Shown: piece by piece, positions 1-10,876 of the stretch
Position numbering within the stretch: position 1 is the first letter of the stretch
How the letters are laid out: the number at the start of each line of letters is the position of its first letter
Assembly: GCF_013365475.1 (NCBI RefSeq)
Contig: NZ_CP046579.1
Location: forward strand, 120,001 to 152,000
Length of the DNA: 32,000 nt
Reading direction: 5' to 3'
Origin: Candidatus Saccharimonadota bacterium
GTDB lineage: Bacteria > Pseudomonadota > Alphaproteobacteria > Rickettsiales > Anaplasmataceae
Notes under the pieces: model-generated
What the model saw: only the letters and a program-made list of their open reading frames with translations
The model's database searches: none
Told to the model about the DNA's origin: nothing
Program-made: the position numbers and the translations under genes

Positions 1-681
1 CTAATGAAGAACACCCTCTCTAGAAAAATATTAGTAACAGTTAGGTTGCAAAGAATGCAGATCCATGTTTTTATGTATTCATTAAGAATTTCTCAAGATT
101 ATGAATCACCTGTTATGAAAAGGTGTAAATCGCTCGAGCTAGAAAAGACATTACAACTGCAAAAGCAATTCTTTTAATGAACCTATGTTGATTCTAAATT
201 GGATTAGAATAATATCTCACTTAATTCTGTAATTGTGAAGTGACATTTAAAAATTCTAACAGAAGTGTCAATGCAAGATAAAATTACTATAGTCATAGCG
301 GGTCTTTTGCATAAGCTTTTCATATGGAATATATTTCAGTACTTGATCATATGGTAAGATTACAGAGAAGTGCGCCATCAGAAATTTCCTGATAAAGATA
401 TAATATATAAAACTTTATAATATACTAAGTTGTTTGGTTTTATCAAATTATATAATGGATCCACTAAACAATTGAATAAAGTTACACTATCTATAATCTC
501 AAGTACGTATGAAGAAGGCAATTTTTAGTCAATAAAATTAAAGGCTAAAAATTTAGATATAAAGCAACAAACATTTGTAAAAATGCCCCATCAAAAGGAA
601 GAAGTCTTTTTTTGATATTCAGAACCATATTTTAACCCAACTAAGGGCCTTGCCTAAAAGAAAAATATAAGTGTTTAAGTG

Positions 682-1893
682 TTAAGAAAAATTAGTGTAA
701 GGCATTAACTTGTATAACAATACAGAAGCATGCGCTGCTATTCCTTCACTTCTTCCAATAGAACCCAACTTTTCTGCAGTAGTCGTTTTGATATTTACAA
801 GCTCATCATCAATTTCTAACACTTTTGATATAAAACCCCTCATTTCTGCTCTATAGGGAGATATTTTAGGCTCCTCACAAACTATAGTAATATCTAAATT
901 AGATACACAATACCCTTTCTCTTTAGCTTTTGTAGCAGCAAAGCTCAGAAAGTAAGATGAGTTGCAATTTTTCCAATCAGCAGAACTTGAGGGGAAATGT
1001 TCCCCTATATCATCACATCCTAATGCTCCCAGTATGGCATCAACAGTTGCGTGTATTACTACATCACCATCGGAATGTGCTTCTATTGCCATGCTGTGCT
1101 CAATTTCTATACCACAAATTTTTATAAAATTCCTAGCTTTGTCTTGAGTTTTTATAAACTTATGTACATCATAACCAGTCCCAATGCGGTACTTAGGATC
1201 TTCAAGGAAGAAACTTGCTATACTAATATCTTCCTTTGTAGTTAACTTGAAATTGCTTTTTTCACCTCTAATAATTGCAACATATTTTTTGTACTCTAAC
1301 ATAAGCGATGAGTCATCAGTAAACTTTTTATTTGACTGGTGGCATAGTAGCAATTCTTCGAAATTAAAGATTTGAGGAGTTTGTATGGCCCTAAGTTTCT
1401 CCCTTGGAATTGCAGATTCAATAAAACTCCCATTCACCACCAACATAGTGTTTTCAACTTCTATTGTCGGTACTACTCCAGCACATTTCCCATCAACCAT
1501 AAAATGAATCAAGTTATCTATTAGAGCATTTGACACAAAAGGCCTGCATGCATCATGTATAATAACAAAATCTGGTTTCATTTCTTGCAAACTTTCAAGT
1601 CCAAATTTAACCGAGTTTTGCCTAATCTCTCCACCATGTACTGGACTCAGCAATTTAGCATCTATAATCGATGACATAGCTTCCTCGTAGGAACTTTCAT
1701 GATTCTTGTTAATAACTACTCTCACATAATCTACGTGCTGATTAGCCAAGAACTTCCTGACTGTATAAAATAAAACAGGCTTACCCGCTAACCTTATATA
1801 CTGCTTAGAAATTTCATTATTGCACCTGCTACCTATCCCTGCTGCGACCACTAATGCTGCGATTTTATACTCCTTGAATCCGCTAGTATACAT
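682..1893 (-). CDS. ispDF: Bifunctional IspD/IspF: 2-C-methyl-D-erythritol 4-phosphate cytidylyltransferase / 2-C-methyl-D-erythritol 2,4-cyclodiphosphate synthase
   Basis: Long ORF. The N-terminal half carries the IspD glycine-rich motif (VVAAGIGSR). The C-terminal half carries IspF motifs (GTGYDVHKF, HSDGDVVIHA). The track ORF begins at TTG 1908; I use the first ATG at 1893 (MYTSGF...), and either start is possible. It lies 27 nt downstream of tpiA on the same strand. Confidence 0.9.
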   Translation of the reverse strand: MYTSGFKEYKIAALVVAAGIGSRCNNEISKQYIRLAGKPVLFYTVRKFLANQHVDYVRVVINKNHESSYEEAMSSIIDAKLLSPVHGGEIRQNSVKFGLESLQEMKPDFVIIHDACRPFVSNALIDNLIHFMVDGKCAGVVPTIEVENTMLVVNGSFIESAIPREKLRAIQTPQIFNFEELLLCHQSNKKFTDDSSLMLEYKKYVAIIRGEKSNFKLTTKEDISIASFFLEDPKYRIGTGYDVHKFIKTQDKARNFIKICGIEIEHSMAIEAHSDGDVVIHATVDAILGALGCDDIGEHFPSSSADWKNCNSSYFLSFAATKAKEKGYCVSNLDITIVCEEPKISPYRAEMRGFISKVLEIDDELVNIKTTTAEKLGSIGRSEGIAAHASVLLYKLMPYTNFS

Positions 1894-1920
1894 AAGACTT
1901 CTTAACAATCTACTTTTGAA

Positions 1921-2625
1921 TCAGTAAATTTCTTCAACGTGTTTTACAATTCTATAAAAGTGGTCAAAATCCAGGCTTGCACTACCAACCAAAACTCCTG
2001 ATAAACTTTTTGAGGCACCGAGCAAATCTTTCACATTTTCTGAATTAACTGAACCGCCATATATAACCTGTCTTTCACCAATACAGAATTTTATTACCTC
2101 TATCACTTCAATAATTACATCATTGCTTGGCACATATCCTGTACCTATTGACCACATTGGTTCGTATGCTACAGTATATTCACCATTCACAAGCAAACGG
2201 TTTCTGCACTGATATTCTATTACTTCTTTTGTTTTCCCGCATTCATAATCCTCCAGACTTTCACCTACACAAATAATTGGATGAAGACCAGATTCTATTG
2301 CTGTCTCTGATTTCAATTTCACTTCACTATCTGTTTCACTGATTCTTTCAGAATGCCCAAGTATTACATAAGTACACTCCAATTCTTTTAGCATCTTCGC
2401 ACTAACCTCACCTGTGTAAGATCCACATTCTTTATGATGACAATTTTGCGCACCTATACTAATATTATCGCTTAGCTTTACAGCATCTGGTAAAGATGTA
2501 AAAGGTGGACAAATCACAAGCTTAGAGGTAATCTCATTACTCTTGTTGTTAAGCTTACCTATAAAGTCAATAAAAGAAGATCTTGTTCCATTCATCTTCC
2601 AGTTTGCTACAATCAAAAATGGCAT
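1921..2625 (-). CDS. tpiA: Triosephosphate isomerase
   Basis: Motifs [14 protein letters not shown] and [11 protein letters not shown]. The track start at 2628 is a TTG immediately followed by ATG at 2625, which I use. Confidence 0.92.
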   Translation of the reverse strand: MPFLIVANWKMNGTRSSFIDFIGKLNNKSNEITSKLVICPPFTSLPDAVKLSDNISIGAQNCHHKECGSYTGEVSAKMLKELECTYVILGHSERISETDSEVKLKSETAIESGLHPIICVGESLEDYECGKTKEVIEYQCRNRLLVNGEYTVAYEPMWSIGTGYVPSNDVIIEVIEVIKFCIGERQVIYGGSVNSENVKDLLGASKSLSGVLVGSASLDFDHFYRIVKHVEEIY

Positions 2626-3823
2626 CAATTTAATGTGTCAAACAATCGTGAACACTTATCATAGCATTAAAGTCAATCCTACACAAATAATTAATATATT
2701 GGAAAAGCTATGTAAAACTACTGAAGATAAATATCGCTGAATTCTTTCTAGAAAGATAATCCACAATCTTTTAAAAGATTATAAGCAAGACATTGATCGT
2801 TAGTTACGTTTCTATAGCAAAACAAAGAACCTGGTAGAGAAATATTGCTAAAAAATAAACAAGTGGAAACATCAAAATGAGTTCTGCCACTCAAATCTTA
2901 GAACGTGCTCCTAAGCAGCACTATTGAACAGTATATTTTATTTCATCTTTACTCCAATTGTAAACTGCCTGTAAATGATGAGCAATCGATTAACAAAAAT
3001 TTAAACGTATAAAATGACTTAAGACTTTAATGGTTCATTGAAGTAAATTTAAATAGCTTATCCTTAATTTTTTTTAACCTTAAATAACATATTTTATAAA
3101 ACTAAAATTAAATGACTTCTTAAAGGGACTTAATTTACCATTTGTTTTTAGTCTGCATAGTCCAACATATTTTGCCTTACTAGCTTTCAGTTCAACATTC
3201 TCTGAATTAATGTTATCCATACTATTCCTAAATACAAACTTTAAACCATTGATAATACTAACTCACTAAGTACTTAAGTTATTTTTATGATCTTATCCTG
3301 AGATAATCAAAGCACCTAACGCTACAAGTATTATGCTAACTTTGTGCTTATCTTTCAGCTTTTTCTCATAATTATAGACTTATCCCATAATGCATCTCCA
3401 GACACCTCCATATTATTGCCCAATATCTGTTTCATCACCTTATCATCTTGAATATATTTCAGTAAAAAGCTTCTTCTGTTTCACTGCTTTATACCTAATT
3501 ATAACTCTTATTAAGATATTCGTCTAATTACTAGTAAGAGTCACCGACAAATTTATATGACATATATCTTCTCTTACTTTATTTGTGACATAGTTAAAGA
3601 TTTTGCTTACTTTACAACTTATACCTCTTTATAACCTAGAGATTTATATTTCTTCTCACTTTGTTACTTTCAAAAACATTCTTGAATTTATAACGATGTT
3701 TTTTCAAAAAATTACTTAATCTTTAAAACTGACAGAAAGGCTTTTTTAAAGCGGTCAAAAAAAACTTTTCATTAAAAGCGATAAATGATAAATTATTAAC
3801 AACAGATTATCGTTAACAAGGTT

Positions 3824-4516
3824 ATGTGCTTTGGACTCCCACCAATAAATAAGGAAGGTTACCTGTTTATGGTAGTTTCTTTCATAGTAACATGTATAGC
3901 ATTCTCCATATCATGGGGATTTGGTGTTACATGCCTATTTCCAACATTATTATTTACGTACTTTTTTCGTGATCCAGCAAGAGTTGTTCCAAATAGCAAA
4001 GATCTTATACTTAGCCCAGCCGACGGAGTAATTTCAAAGATCGAAGAAGTGATCTACCCTTTATCAGCGAAAAATAAAGAGGAAAAGAAATTCATATTTA
4101 TTAGCATATTCTTGAGCATTTTGAATGTACATGTAAACCGCGTGCCAATATCTGGCACAGTAAAAGAGGTACACTACAAAAAAGGTAAGTTTGCACCTGC
4201 AATGAGCAGTAAATCTAGCAATATAAATGAAAAACAAGTTATCGTAATTGAGCATGAAAAGGAAAAAGAAATTATTGTAGAACAAATAGCTGGGCTAATT
4301 GCACGTCGCATCGTTTGTAATCTAAAAATTTCTCAAGAAGTAAAAGCAGGGGAAAGATTTGGAATTATAAAGTTTGGCAGTAGAGTAAATATTTACATTC
4401 CTTCTGATACAGAAATAAGAGTTTCAAAAGGACAGACTGTTATTGGGGGTGAAACAATTATAGCAAATTTAAATAAGGAAAACACTGGAGAAAAACTTAC
4501 TTTTGATATTATATGA
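3824..4516 (+). CDS. psd: Phosphatidylserine decarboxylase proenzyme (short form)
   Basis: Has SPADG and the self-cleavage G-S motif in KFGSRVNIY. An N-terminal hydrophobic helix follows INKEGYLF, as in Rickettsiales Psd. The stop overlaps the pssA start in ATGA (4513-4516). Confidence 0.88.
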   Translation: MCFGLPPINKEGYLFMVVSFIVTCIAFSISWGFGVTCLFPTLLFTYFFRDPARVVPNSKDLILSPADGVISKIEEVIYPLSAKNKEEKKFIFISIFLSILNVHVNRVPISGTVKEVHYKKGKFAPAMSSKSSNINEKQVIVIEHEKEKEIIVEQIAGLIARRIVCNLKISQEVKAGERFGIIKFGSRVNIYIPSDTEIRVSKGQTVIGGETIIANLNKENTGEKLTFDII

Positions 4517-5283
4517 ACATTAATGATACTAACAGTAGGTTTTTACCTATTGCTAAATTATTCCCAAATTTTATAACTTTATTAGGTCTATGCTCCGGTC
4601 TCACTTCACTTAAATTTACATTTAATGAACAGTGGGAGTTTGCAGTAATTTTCGTGATCATTGCAGCAATTATAGATGGAATGGATGGAAGAATAGCCAG
4701 GGTATTAAAATTAACCAGTAATTTTGGAGCACAACTTGATTCTTTTGCTGATTTCCTTAACTTTGGTGCAGCACCTGCATTCCTTTTATACTTTTGGAAA
4801 TTAAAGGAAATTAAAGTTATAGGGTGGATACTGGTAATGATATACGTAATCTGCATCTCAATAAGACTTGCAAGGTTTAATTTATCATTAAATGTGGAAC
4901 AATTTGACTGGAAAAAGTTTTTTTTTTCTGGAGTGCCAGCACCAATATGTGCTTTACTCTCTTTATTACCAATAATTGTAACTTTTCATTCTCAAGAGAA
5001 CGAATATTTACTTTTTACAGAGCAGTTTTTCAATATAAGAAACACAGCTTTCTACTTCTTGACTATCTCATTTTTTTCAGTCAGTCATATTCCAACTTTT
5101 TCTGCAAAGTATATTTATATTCCAAGAAACTTATCTTATATATTTGTATCACTTTTTGGAGTATTTATTGTGTTTTTTGTTAGCAAACCTTGGGTTACTC
5201 TACCAATTTTAAGTATAGTATATACACTTACTATTCCAATAAGTGCTGGATTATATATATATTATACATATAAATCCCACTAA
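4513..5283 (+). CDS. pssA: CDP-diacylglycerol--serine O-phosphatidyltransferase
   Basis: CDP-alcohol phosphatidyltransferase signature [10 protein letters not shown]8-GAQLDSFAD. Polytopic membrane protein with a 4-nt ATGA overlap with psd. Confidence 0.88.
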   Translation: MNINDTNSRFLPIAKLFPNFITLLGLCSGLTSLKFTFNEQWEFAVIFVIIAAIIDGMDGRIARVLKLTSNFGAQLDSFADFLNFGAAPAFLLYFWKLKEIKVIGWILVMIYVICISIRLARFNLSLNVEQFDWKKFFFSGVPAPICALLSLLPIIVTFHSQENEYLLFTEQFFNIRNTAFYFLTISFFSVSHIPTFSAKYIYIPRNLSYIFVSLFGVFIVFFVSKPWVTLPILSIVYTLTIPISAGLYIYYTYKSH

Positions 5284-5704
5284 CTATAAACATAAAAAAA
5301 GGCAGTGAGCAGTGTAATTGAACTGATTCTAGATATTAAGATATTAAATAATATATTTTAACCATTAAATATGGTGCAAGTCATTTAACCAAGCATTTCC
5401 AATAATTTCTCCCCTTATTTAGCAATAGAGTCCTTTTTGCTAATAATGTTTTCCTTTGCATTTCGATAATAATAACTTATTATTACTAATATGAAATTTT
5501 ACTTGTTTGATAATAAGAAGTATTAGTACTACTTCAAGTTTTTTTACACTGGCTTCAGTGTATATCAAAAAACACAGAATTTATATCTTATCTATGCAAT
5601 AATTTATTTATGTGCTTTGTTCCAAATACTATTTCGATATATTTACTAAGAAGAAAAATCATAAATACAATAGGTTCTTACTATAATTCTAAGAGGTATT
5701 AAAC

Positions 5705-7171
5705 ATGATTTGTAGGTTACTATACATGGTACTACTTTGCCTATCATTTCACGATGTACACGCTACTTTAGGCCTTTATGAAAGTTACGATGCTGTACTA
5801 GACAGGATAAATAACTTTATGTGTAAAGTACTTTTTTTTAAAGTTTTTCACGTGCCATTTGTAATTTGTCTAGTAGCCTTTGGTTATATCTTTCTAACGC
5901 TGCGTTTTAAATTTCTCAATATAAAAATGTTCAGGCATGCTTTTGCTATTCTATGTGGAAAATATGATACAGGTCACCACAACGGTCATATTACGCATTT
6001 TCAGGCATTTGTAACAGCACTCTCGAGTACCGTAGGACTTGGGACTGTTGCTGGTGTTGCAATTGCAACCTCAATAGGAGGACCAGGAGCAGTGCCTTGG
6101 ATGATGATCACAGGCTTTTTCGGTATGTCAGCAAAGTTTGCTGAAGTGACTTTAGCATTTAGACATAGGACAGAAGGTCAGAAACAGTTATTTAGTGGAC
6201 CATTCCAATATATTAGAAATGGACTAGAAGAATTCGGATTTAAGAAACTTGGCATTGTCTTAGCTGCAGTATATGCAATATTTTTTGTATTGTCTGGTCT
6301 TGGCGGGAGTGTAGCATTTCAAACTAACCAAATGGTTTCAATATTGTCTGGATATTCAAGTTGGGTAGACTGTCATCCTTGGTTACTGTCCTCTATAATC
6401 TCAGTATTACTTGCTTTGGTAATTATTGGTGGGATTAGAAGGATAGTCATAGTATCCTCCACACTAGTACCTATCATGTCACTTATATATATCTTCAGTT
6501 GTATTACAATTATAGCATTTAATATTAATAATTTTAGCAATGCATTTAAAACATTATTTCTCAACATGATAGATTTCAATGCTGCCGGTGGAGGAGTAGT
6601 AGGAGCATTTGTTGCAGGAATTCAAAGAGCAATTTTTGCTAGTGAGGCAGGTATTGGCTCTGCTTCAATTACACATGCAGTAGCTAAAGATAAGGAGCCA
6701 GTTAGAACTGGGCTAGTTGCAATGATAGAGCCATGTTTTGATACAATGTTAATTTGTTGTTTAACAGGAATAACAATAGTGATAACAGGTGCATACCAAA
6801 CAGGTGCCGGTGAGGGGATATTAATCACTCAAAAAGCATTTGAAACAGTTTCTTCTTGGTTTCCTATACTTTTGACCATAGCTGCGCCTTTATTTGCGTT
6901 TTCCTCAGTAATTTCATTTGTATATTGTTGCGAAATGGGGTGGTTATATTTATTTGGTATAAAAAGCATAGTAATATACCGCACAGCAGTAATAATTGTG
7001 GCGTTCTTCTCTGGCCTTTCTAAAAATATAATGACTATTGCTAATATTGGTGGAACTTTATTCTCTTGCTTAGCCCTTATTAATATGACGGCACTTATAC
7101 TATTCAGTAATCAAATTAACAACGAAGTTCAATGTTACCTAAAGAGATTAAAGAATAATAAGGTTAATTAG
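5705..7171 (+). CDS. Alanine/glycine:cation (Na+) symporter, AGCS family
   Basis: 488-aa polytopic membrane protein. It has the AGCS-family conserved block STVGLGTVAGVAIATSIGGPGAVPWMMITGFFGMSAKFAE and an AAGAGG Shine-Dalgarno 8 nt upstream of the ATG. Confidence 0.85.
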   Translation: MICRLLYMVLLCLSFHDVHATLGLYESYDAVLDRINNFMCKVLFFKVFHVPFVICLVAFGYIFLTLRFKFLNIKMFRHAFAILCGKYDTGHHNGHITHFQAFVTALSSTVGLGTVAGVAIATSIGGPGAVPWMMITGFFGMSAKFAEVTLAFRHRTEGQKQLFSGPFQYIRNGLEEFGFKKLGIVLAAVYAIFFVLSGLGGSVAFQTNQMVSILSGYSSWVDCHPWLLSSIISVLLALVIIGGIRRIVIVSSTLVPIMSLIYIFSCITIIAFNINNFSNAFKTLFLNMIDFNAAGGGVVGAFVAGIQRAIFASEAGIGSASITHAVAKDKEPVRTGLVAMIEPCFDTMLICCLTGITIVITGAYQTGAGEGILITQKAFETVSSWFPILLTIAAPLFAFSSVISFVYCCEMGWLYLFGIKSIVIYRTAVIIVAFFSGLSKNIMTIANIGGTLFSCLALINMTALILFSNQINNEVQCYLKRLKNNKVN

Positions 7172-7292
7172 TTCTTTAATGCAATTATATAGACAAACAT
7201 AAGCTAATGTTATTCAGTGTTTGACATTTGAATTTATGCTTATTTCTTCTGAAGAAAGTATTGCATTTCATGAAAGTGTTAAAGAAAGTATA

Positions 7293-7862
7293 ATGGAGAA
7301 GTATATAGTTCTTATATTGTCATACGCGTTTGGTTCAATACCATTTAGCCTAATTGTTACAAGGATAAAAAGAATAAATTTAAGAGAAATAGGTTCTGGA
7401 AATATTGGTGCTACAAACGTTGTAAGAACAGGAAATAAAAAACTTGCTACTCTAGCACTATTTCTAGATTCCTTAAAAGGGTTTACTGCAGTTTACTTAG
7501 CTTACCAATTTTTCGATAGTGGAATATATGCATCTGCAATCCTAGCAGTTTTAGGGCATATGTTTCCTATTTGGCTAAAGTTTAGTGGAGGAAAGGGAGT
7601 TGCAACAACTTTAGGAATTTTGATAGCACTCAATTACTACTTGGCATTATTGTTTATATTTGCATGGCTAGCAGCGTTTTTCGCCTTTCGGTACTCTTCT
7701 CTTGCTTCCTTAATTTCTACCACAGTAGCTGTTATAGCAGCTTCCTTTTTCCAAAGAGAGTTATTTCCCATGCTGTTAATTTTGTCAATATTAATTTTCT
7801 TAAAACATCATAAAAACATTGCAAATCTTCTGCAAAGCAAAGAATACAAATTTTATAAATAG
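7293..7862 (+). CDS. plsY: Glycerol-3-phosphate acyltransferase PlsY
   Basis: Motifs GSIPFS, GSGNIGATNVVR and GGKGVAT. The track ORF starts at TTG 7221, which sits inside a TTGACA hexamer. The 24 extra residues are not PlsY-like, so I use ATG 7293 (MEKYIVLILSYAFGSIPF). Confidence 0.88.
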   Translation: MEKYIVLILSYAFGSIPFSLIVTRIKRINLREIGSGNIGATNVVRTGNKKLATLALFLDSLKGFTAVYLAYQFFDSGIYASAILAVLGHMFPIWLKFSGGKGVATTLGILIALNYYLALLFIFAWLAAFFAFRYSSLASLISTTVAVIAASFFQRELFPMLLILSILIFLKHHKNIANLLQSKEYKFYK

Positions 7863-8923
7863 TAATACCAATTATATCTAACACAAAAAGCATTACCATG
7901 GTATCTTTTATTATCTGAATGCTATAAATAGGGTTATAGATACTTTAGGTCAACAACAGATATGCACGTTTCTTAATAGTAAATTCTACTACTAGCATAA
8001 CTATAGGTCCAATTTCTCATCTTTGACATTATCAATGTACCTTGTCAGGTTTGCTTGCCTATTATGATATTTCCAACTTAAGTTATTTAAATAATTAAAG
8101 TATTTATATCTCAGTATCACTCAAAAAAAACTTTTGCCCTATTCAATCTTCCTACGAAAGTTTCATACTTTCATCTTTATTTCCATCATGGGTATAACCA
8201 TCAATTGAATAAAGCACTTTAGTTGAAGAACATAGATTATATAAAACTGATTAATAATTCTCTTTACTTTTAAAGTTAAATTAAATCTTATTTATAGCAC
8301 CTCCAAAAGGTGTGTCAGGCACAGTCAAGTGCAAGATAATCTAACCATATCTTCTTCAAGAAACACTAATCTTCTCATTAATTTTTATTACAAGTTCTTT
8401 CCCATCCCAATCTTGGCAAACATATTCTCTATAACAAATAAAAAAATAATACCACTCATAAATGCCTTATTATAATCCATTTAGTGCTCTAGAATATTGA
8501 CTAAGCTTTGAAACTTCATTATTTTTAACTTTGATTTATCGTTTTAAAAACAGTGTGAAACGTCGCTTTAAGTAAAGTAAATAACCATTTACCAATCTTT
8601 TACACTACTCTTCTAGTAAATAATAAAAGAATGTAAGATAATTAACTGAGTTAAGCAAGAAACTACTTACAATACTAGGGGAGTGCCATTTAGCGCATAA
8701 TGCAGTTTAGCTTTCAATTGCACAGTTCCACAATTTAGTTAAAATCAAGTTTTGCTTGATCTCAATATTAGGATTTTTCTGATCCTATAGACGCACTGAG
8801 ATAACATCTCAAAGAACTAAGAGATAATTTATAGAGAAATTAATCTAACATAGAAGAGATATGAGTGACAAAGAAAAATGCTTGAATGGTAAAGTAAGAA
8901 TGTAAATATCATGAGATCAACAC

Positions 8924-8952
8924 TTGACCTAGTATTCAGAAGTTTTTAAACT
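8924..8952 (+). promoter_or_regulatory. Candidate sigma-70 type promoter for ruvAB (TTGACC-17 nt-TAAACT)
   Basis: TTGACC at 8924-8929, a 17-nt spacer, then TAAACT at 8947-8952, 22 nt before the ruvA ATG. This is a hexamer match only, in AT-rich DNA. Confidence 0.3.
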
Positions 8953-8974
8953 AAACTCTCATATAGAGTCAAAA

Positions 8975-9553
8975 ATGATAGGAAGTTTAAACGGGATAGT
9001 TGATGAAATTTACAGTGATCACATAATATTAAATGTAAACGATGTTGGATATGTAGTATATCTTTCAATTAAAACATTGAGTATATGCTCCATTGGAAGC
9101 AAAATAAAATTGTTTATCGAAACTTACTTAAATAGAGAAAGCATTACTCAACTATATGGCTTTATCAGCAAAGAAGAACAGCAGTGCTTACGTTTGCTAG
9201 TTAAAGTGAGTGGTGTTAGCTATAGGACTGCAATTTCAATTTTGAGTAAACTAACTCCGGATCAGCTGTTTTTAGCAGTCATCAGTGAAGATAAATCAGC
9301 TCTCAAAATGAGTGGTCTCGGCTTGAAACTCATAAATCGAATCATTACTGAATTAAGCGATAAAGTAGATAAATTAAGGATAAATAATAACAACTTACAT
9401 ACAATCAAAGAAGATGCTGTTTCAGCTCTAATCAATCTTGGATATAAAAAAATAAAAGCGTATGATGCAATAAAAAAAATACAAGATAAGTCACCAACCC
9501 TTGATACCAGTGATATTATTTGTATGGCCCTTAAGGAGCTCTCAACATTATGA
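8975..9553 (+). CDS. ruvA: Holliday junction branch migration complex subunit RuvA
   Basis: N-terminal MIGSLNGIV...[17 protein letters not shown]-fold signature and two helix-hairpin-helix segments ([26 protein letters not shown]). ATGA overlap with ruvB. Confidence 0.9.
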   Translation: MIGSLNGIVDEIYSDHIILNVNDVGYVVYLSIKTLSICSIGSKIKLFIETYLNRESITQLYGFISKEEQQCLRLLVKVSGVSYRTAISILSKLTPDQLFLAVISEDKSALKMSGLGLKLINRIITELSDKVDKLRINNNNLHTIKEDAVSALINLGYKKIKAYDAIKKIQDKSPTLDTSDIICMALKELSTL

Positions 9554-10536
9554 AATTGATGTCATGCAATAAAGAGTACGCTGAAAACGCGCTTAATTTA
9601 AATATCAGACCTGAGAGGCTTGAAGATTTTACAGGACAAAAAGGCTTAATACAAAATTTAAGAGTGTTTATAAACGCTGCACAGACAAGAACTGAAGCCT
9701 TGGATCACATTCTATTGTATGGTCCCCCAGGACTTGGCAAAACAACCTTAGCACAGATCGTTTCCAAAGAATTAAGGGTCAGTTTTCGTGCAACCTCTGG
9801 TCCTTTACTCAACAAAGCTGGAGATTTAGCTGCAGTTCTTACTACTTTAAATGCAAAAGACATTCTATTTATAGACGAAATTCATAGATTAAACCACAGT
9901 GTTGAAGAAGTTTTATACGTCGCTATGGAAGATTTTTGTCTAGACGTATTAGTAGGAGAAGGTCCATCTACTCGCACTCTCAGGATAGATCTACCACCAT
10001 TTACATTAATTGGGGCAACAACACGTCTTGGATTGCTTTCCACACCGCTTAGGGATCGCTTTGGCATTCCTTTGCACCTAGAGTTTTATCCTTCTGAAGA
10101 ACTTGGTGATATCATAAAAAGAGGTGCAAGAGTTCTTTCTGTAGAAATTACAAACGATGCAATTCAAGAAATTGCTCACCGTGCACGTGGCACTCCAAGG
10201 ATTGCTTTAAGATTACTCAGAAGAATAAGGGATTTTGTTGAAACAGAAGATGATAAAAAAATTACTTACGAAGTTGCTGATTCTGCGCTATCAAAATTAG
10301 GCATAGATAAAATGGGATTAAATAAATTGGATATAGATTACTTAAAATTTCTATTCAATACTTCAGGACCAGTTGGAATTGATACCATATCAATTGCATT
10401 ATCTGAGTGTAGCGGTAATATCGAAGAGATAATAGAACCTTACCTGATAAAAATCAGTTTCGTAAAGCGCACAGCAAGAGGACGAGTTCTAACCAACCAA
10501 GCAGAAGAGTACTTAAGCCTCCAATCTAATACATGA
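9550..10536 (+). CDS. ruvB: Holliday junction branch migration DNA helicase RuvB
   Basis: Walker [10 protein letters not shown], Walker [11 protein letters not shown], and [13 protein letters not shown] (sensor 2/arginine region). Confidence 0.95.
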   Translation: MKLMSCNKEYAENALNLNIRPERLEDFTGQKGLIQNLRVFINAAQTRTEALDHILLYGPPGLGKTTLAQIVSKELRVSFRATSGPLLNKAGDLAAVLTTLNAKDILFIDEIHRLNHSVEEVLYVAMEDFCLDVLVGEGPSTRTLRIDLPPFTLIGATTRLGLLSTPLRDRFGIPLHLEFYPSEELGDIIKRGARVLSVEITNDAIQEIAHRARGTPRIALRLLRRIRDFVETEDDKKITYEVADSALSKLGIDKMGLNKLDIDYLKFLFNTSGPVGIDTISIALSECSGNIEEIIEPYLIKISFVKRTARGRVLTNQAEEYLSLQSNT

Positions 10537-10840
10537 GTATATGCCAGATAAGATTTAAGAACTCAAGAAAATGCACCTGCTCCAGAGTTAATAACAAAAC
10601 TAAAGGTCTAGCAGTGCACTATAGTAAAAGAGCTTTCTTAGAAGGCAGTTTAAATTGATCAAAAAAGCATCTTTCCTTTTAGACAGTGAATAATGATAAA
10701 CATCAATTACAATAAAGAAGTACTACTAACCAAAGTTAGTAACATCTTTAAAAAAATGATAGATATATAAAATATAAGAATATTAATCTATATCTCTCAA
10801 AGATGCATGTCCTATATTAACTAATAGGAAATAAAACAGT

Positions 10841-10868
10841 ATAGTTACTTACAAATGTAAGTAACTAT
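10841..10868. repeat. 28-bp perfect palindrome (13-bp arms, 2-nt centre): ATAGTTACTTACA-AA-TGTAAGTAACTAT
   Basis: Read directly from the sequence. Arm 10841-10853 is the exact reverse complement of 10856-10868. It ends 8 nt before the mpg ATG (10877). Confidence 0.9.
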
Positions 10869-10876
10869 TTCATATA

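Noticed and set aside
1-177. Frame +1 is open from the window edge for 58 codons (…KNTLSRKILVTVRLQRMQIHVFMYSLRISQDYESPVMKRCKSLELEKTLQLQKQFF*). It could be the 3' end of an upstream gene.
   Set aside because: An open run of this length is somewhat unlikely by chance in stop-rich DNA. However, the peptide matches nothing I recognise and I cannot see the rest of the gene, so there is not enough support to call a CDS.
369-381. The 13-mer AGTGCGCCATCAG (369-381) recurs as its reverse complement CTGATGGCGCACT at 27767-27779. Both copies are in spacers, and both are preceded by a loosely similar CTTT..AGGAA stretch.
   Set aside because: The flanks do not align convincingly beyond the 13-mer. My rough estimate puts a single such match near chance expectation, so it is not enough to call a repeat family.
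5682-5687. A perfect TATAAT lies upstream of the AGCS symporter gene.
   Set aside because: It is only 17 nt from the ATG, so a transcript starting there would begin inside or after the AAGAGG RBS. No acceptable -35 hexamer sits at 16-18 nt. TATAAT occurs by chance in this composition.
7221-7292. N-terminal extensions implied by the track's upstream TTG starts: plsY 7221, M16-B 15596, serS 24309, hypothetical 12323, tpiA 2628 and ispDF 1908.
   Set aside because: The extensions add non-conserved residues before well-defined family N-termini, and downstream ATGs, some with an RBS, fit better. The TTG/GTG starts of guaA and the glutaredoxin were kept because no alternative exists and an SD is present.
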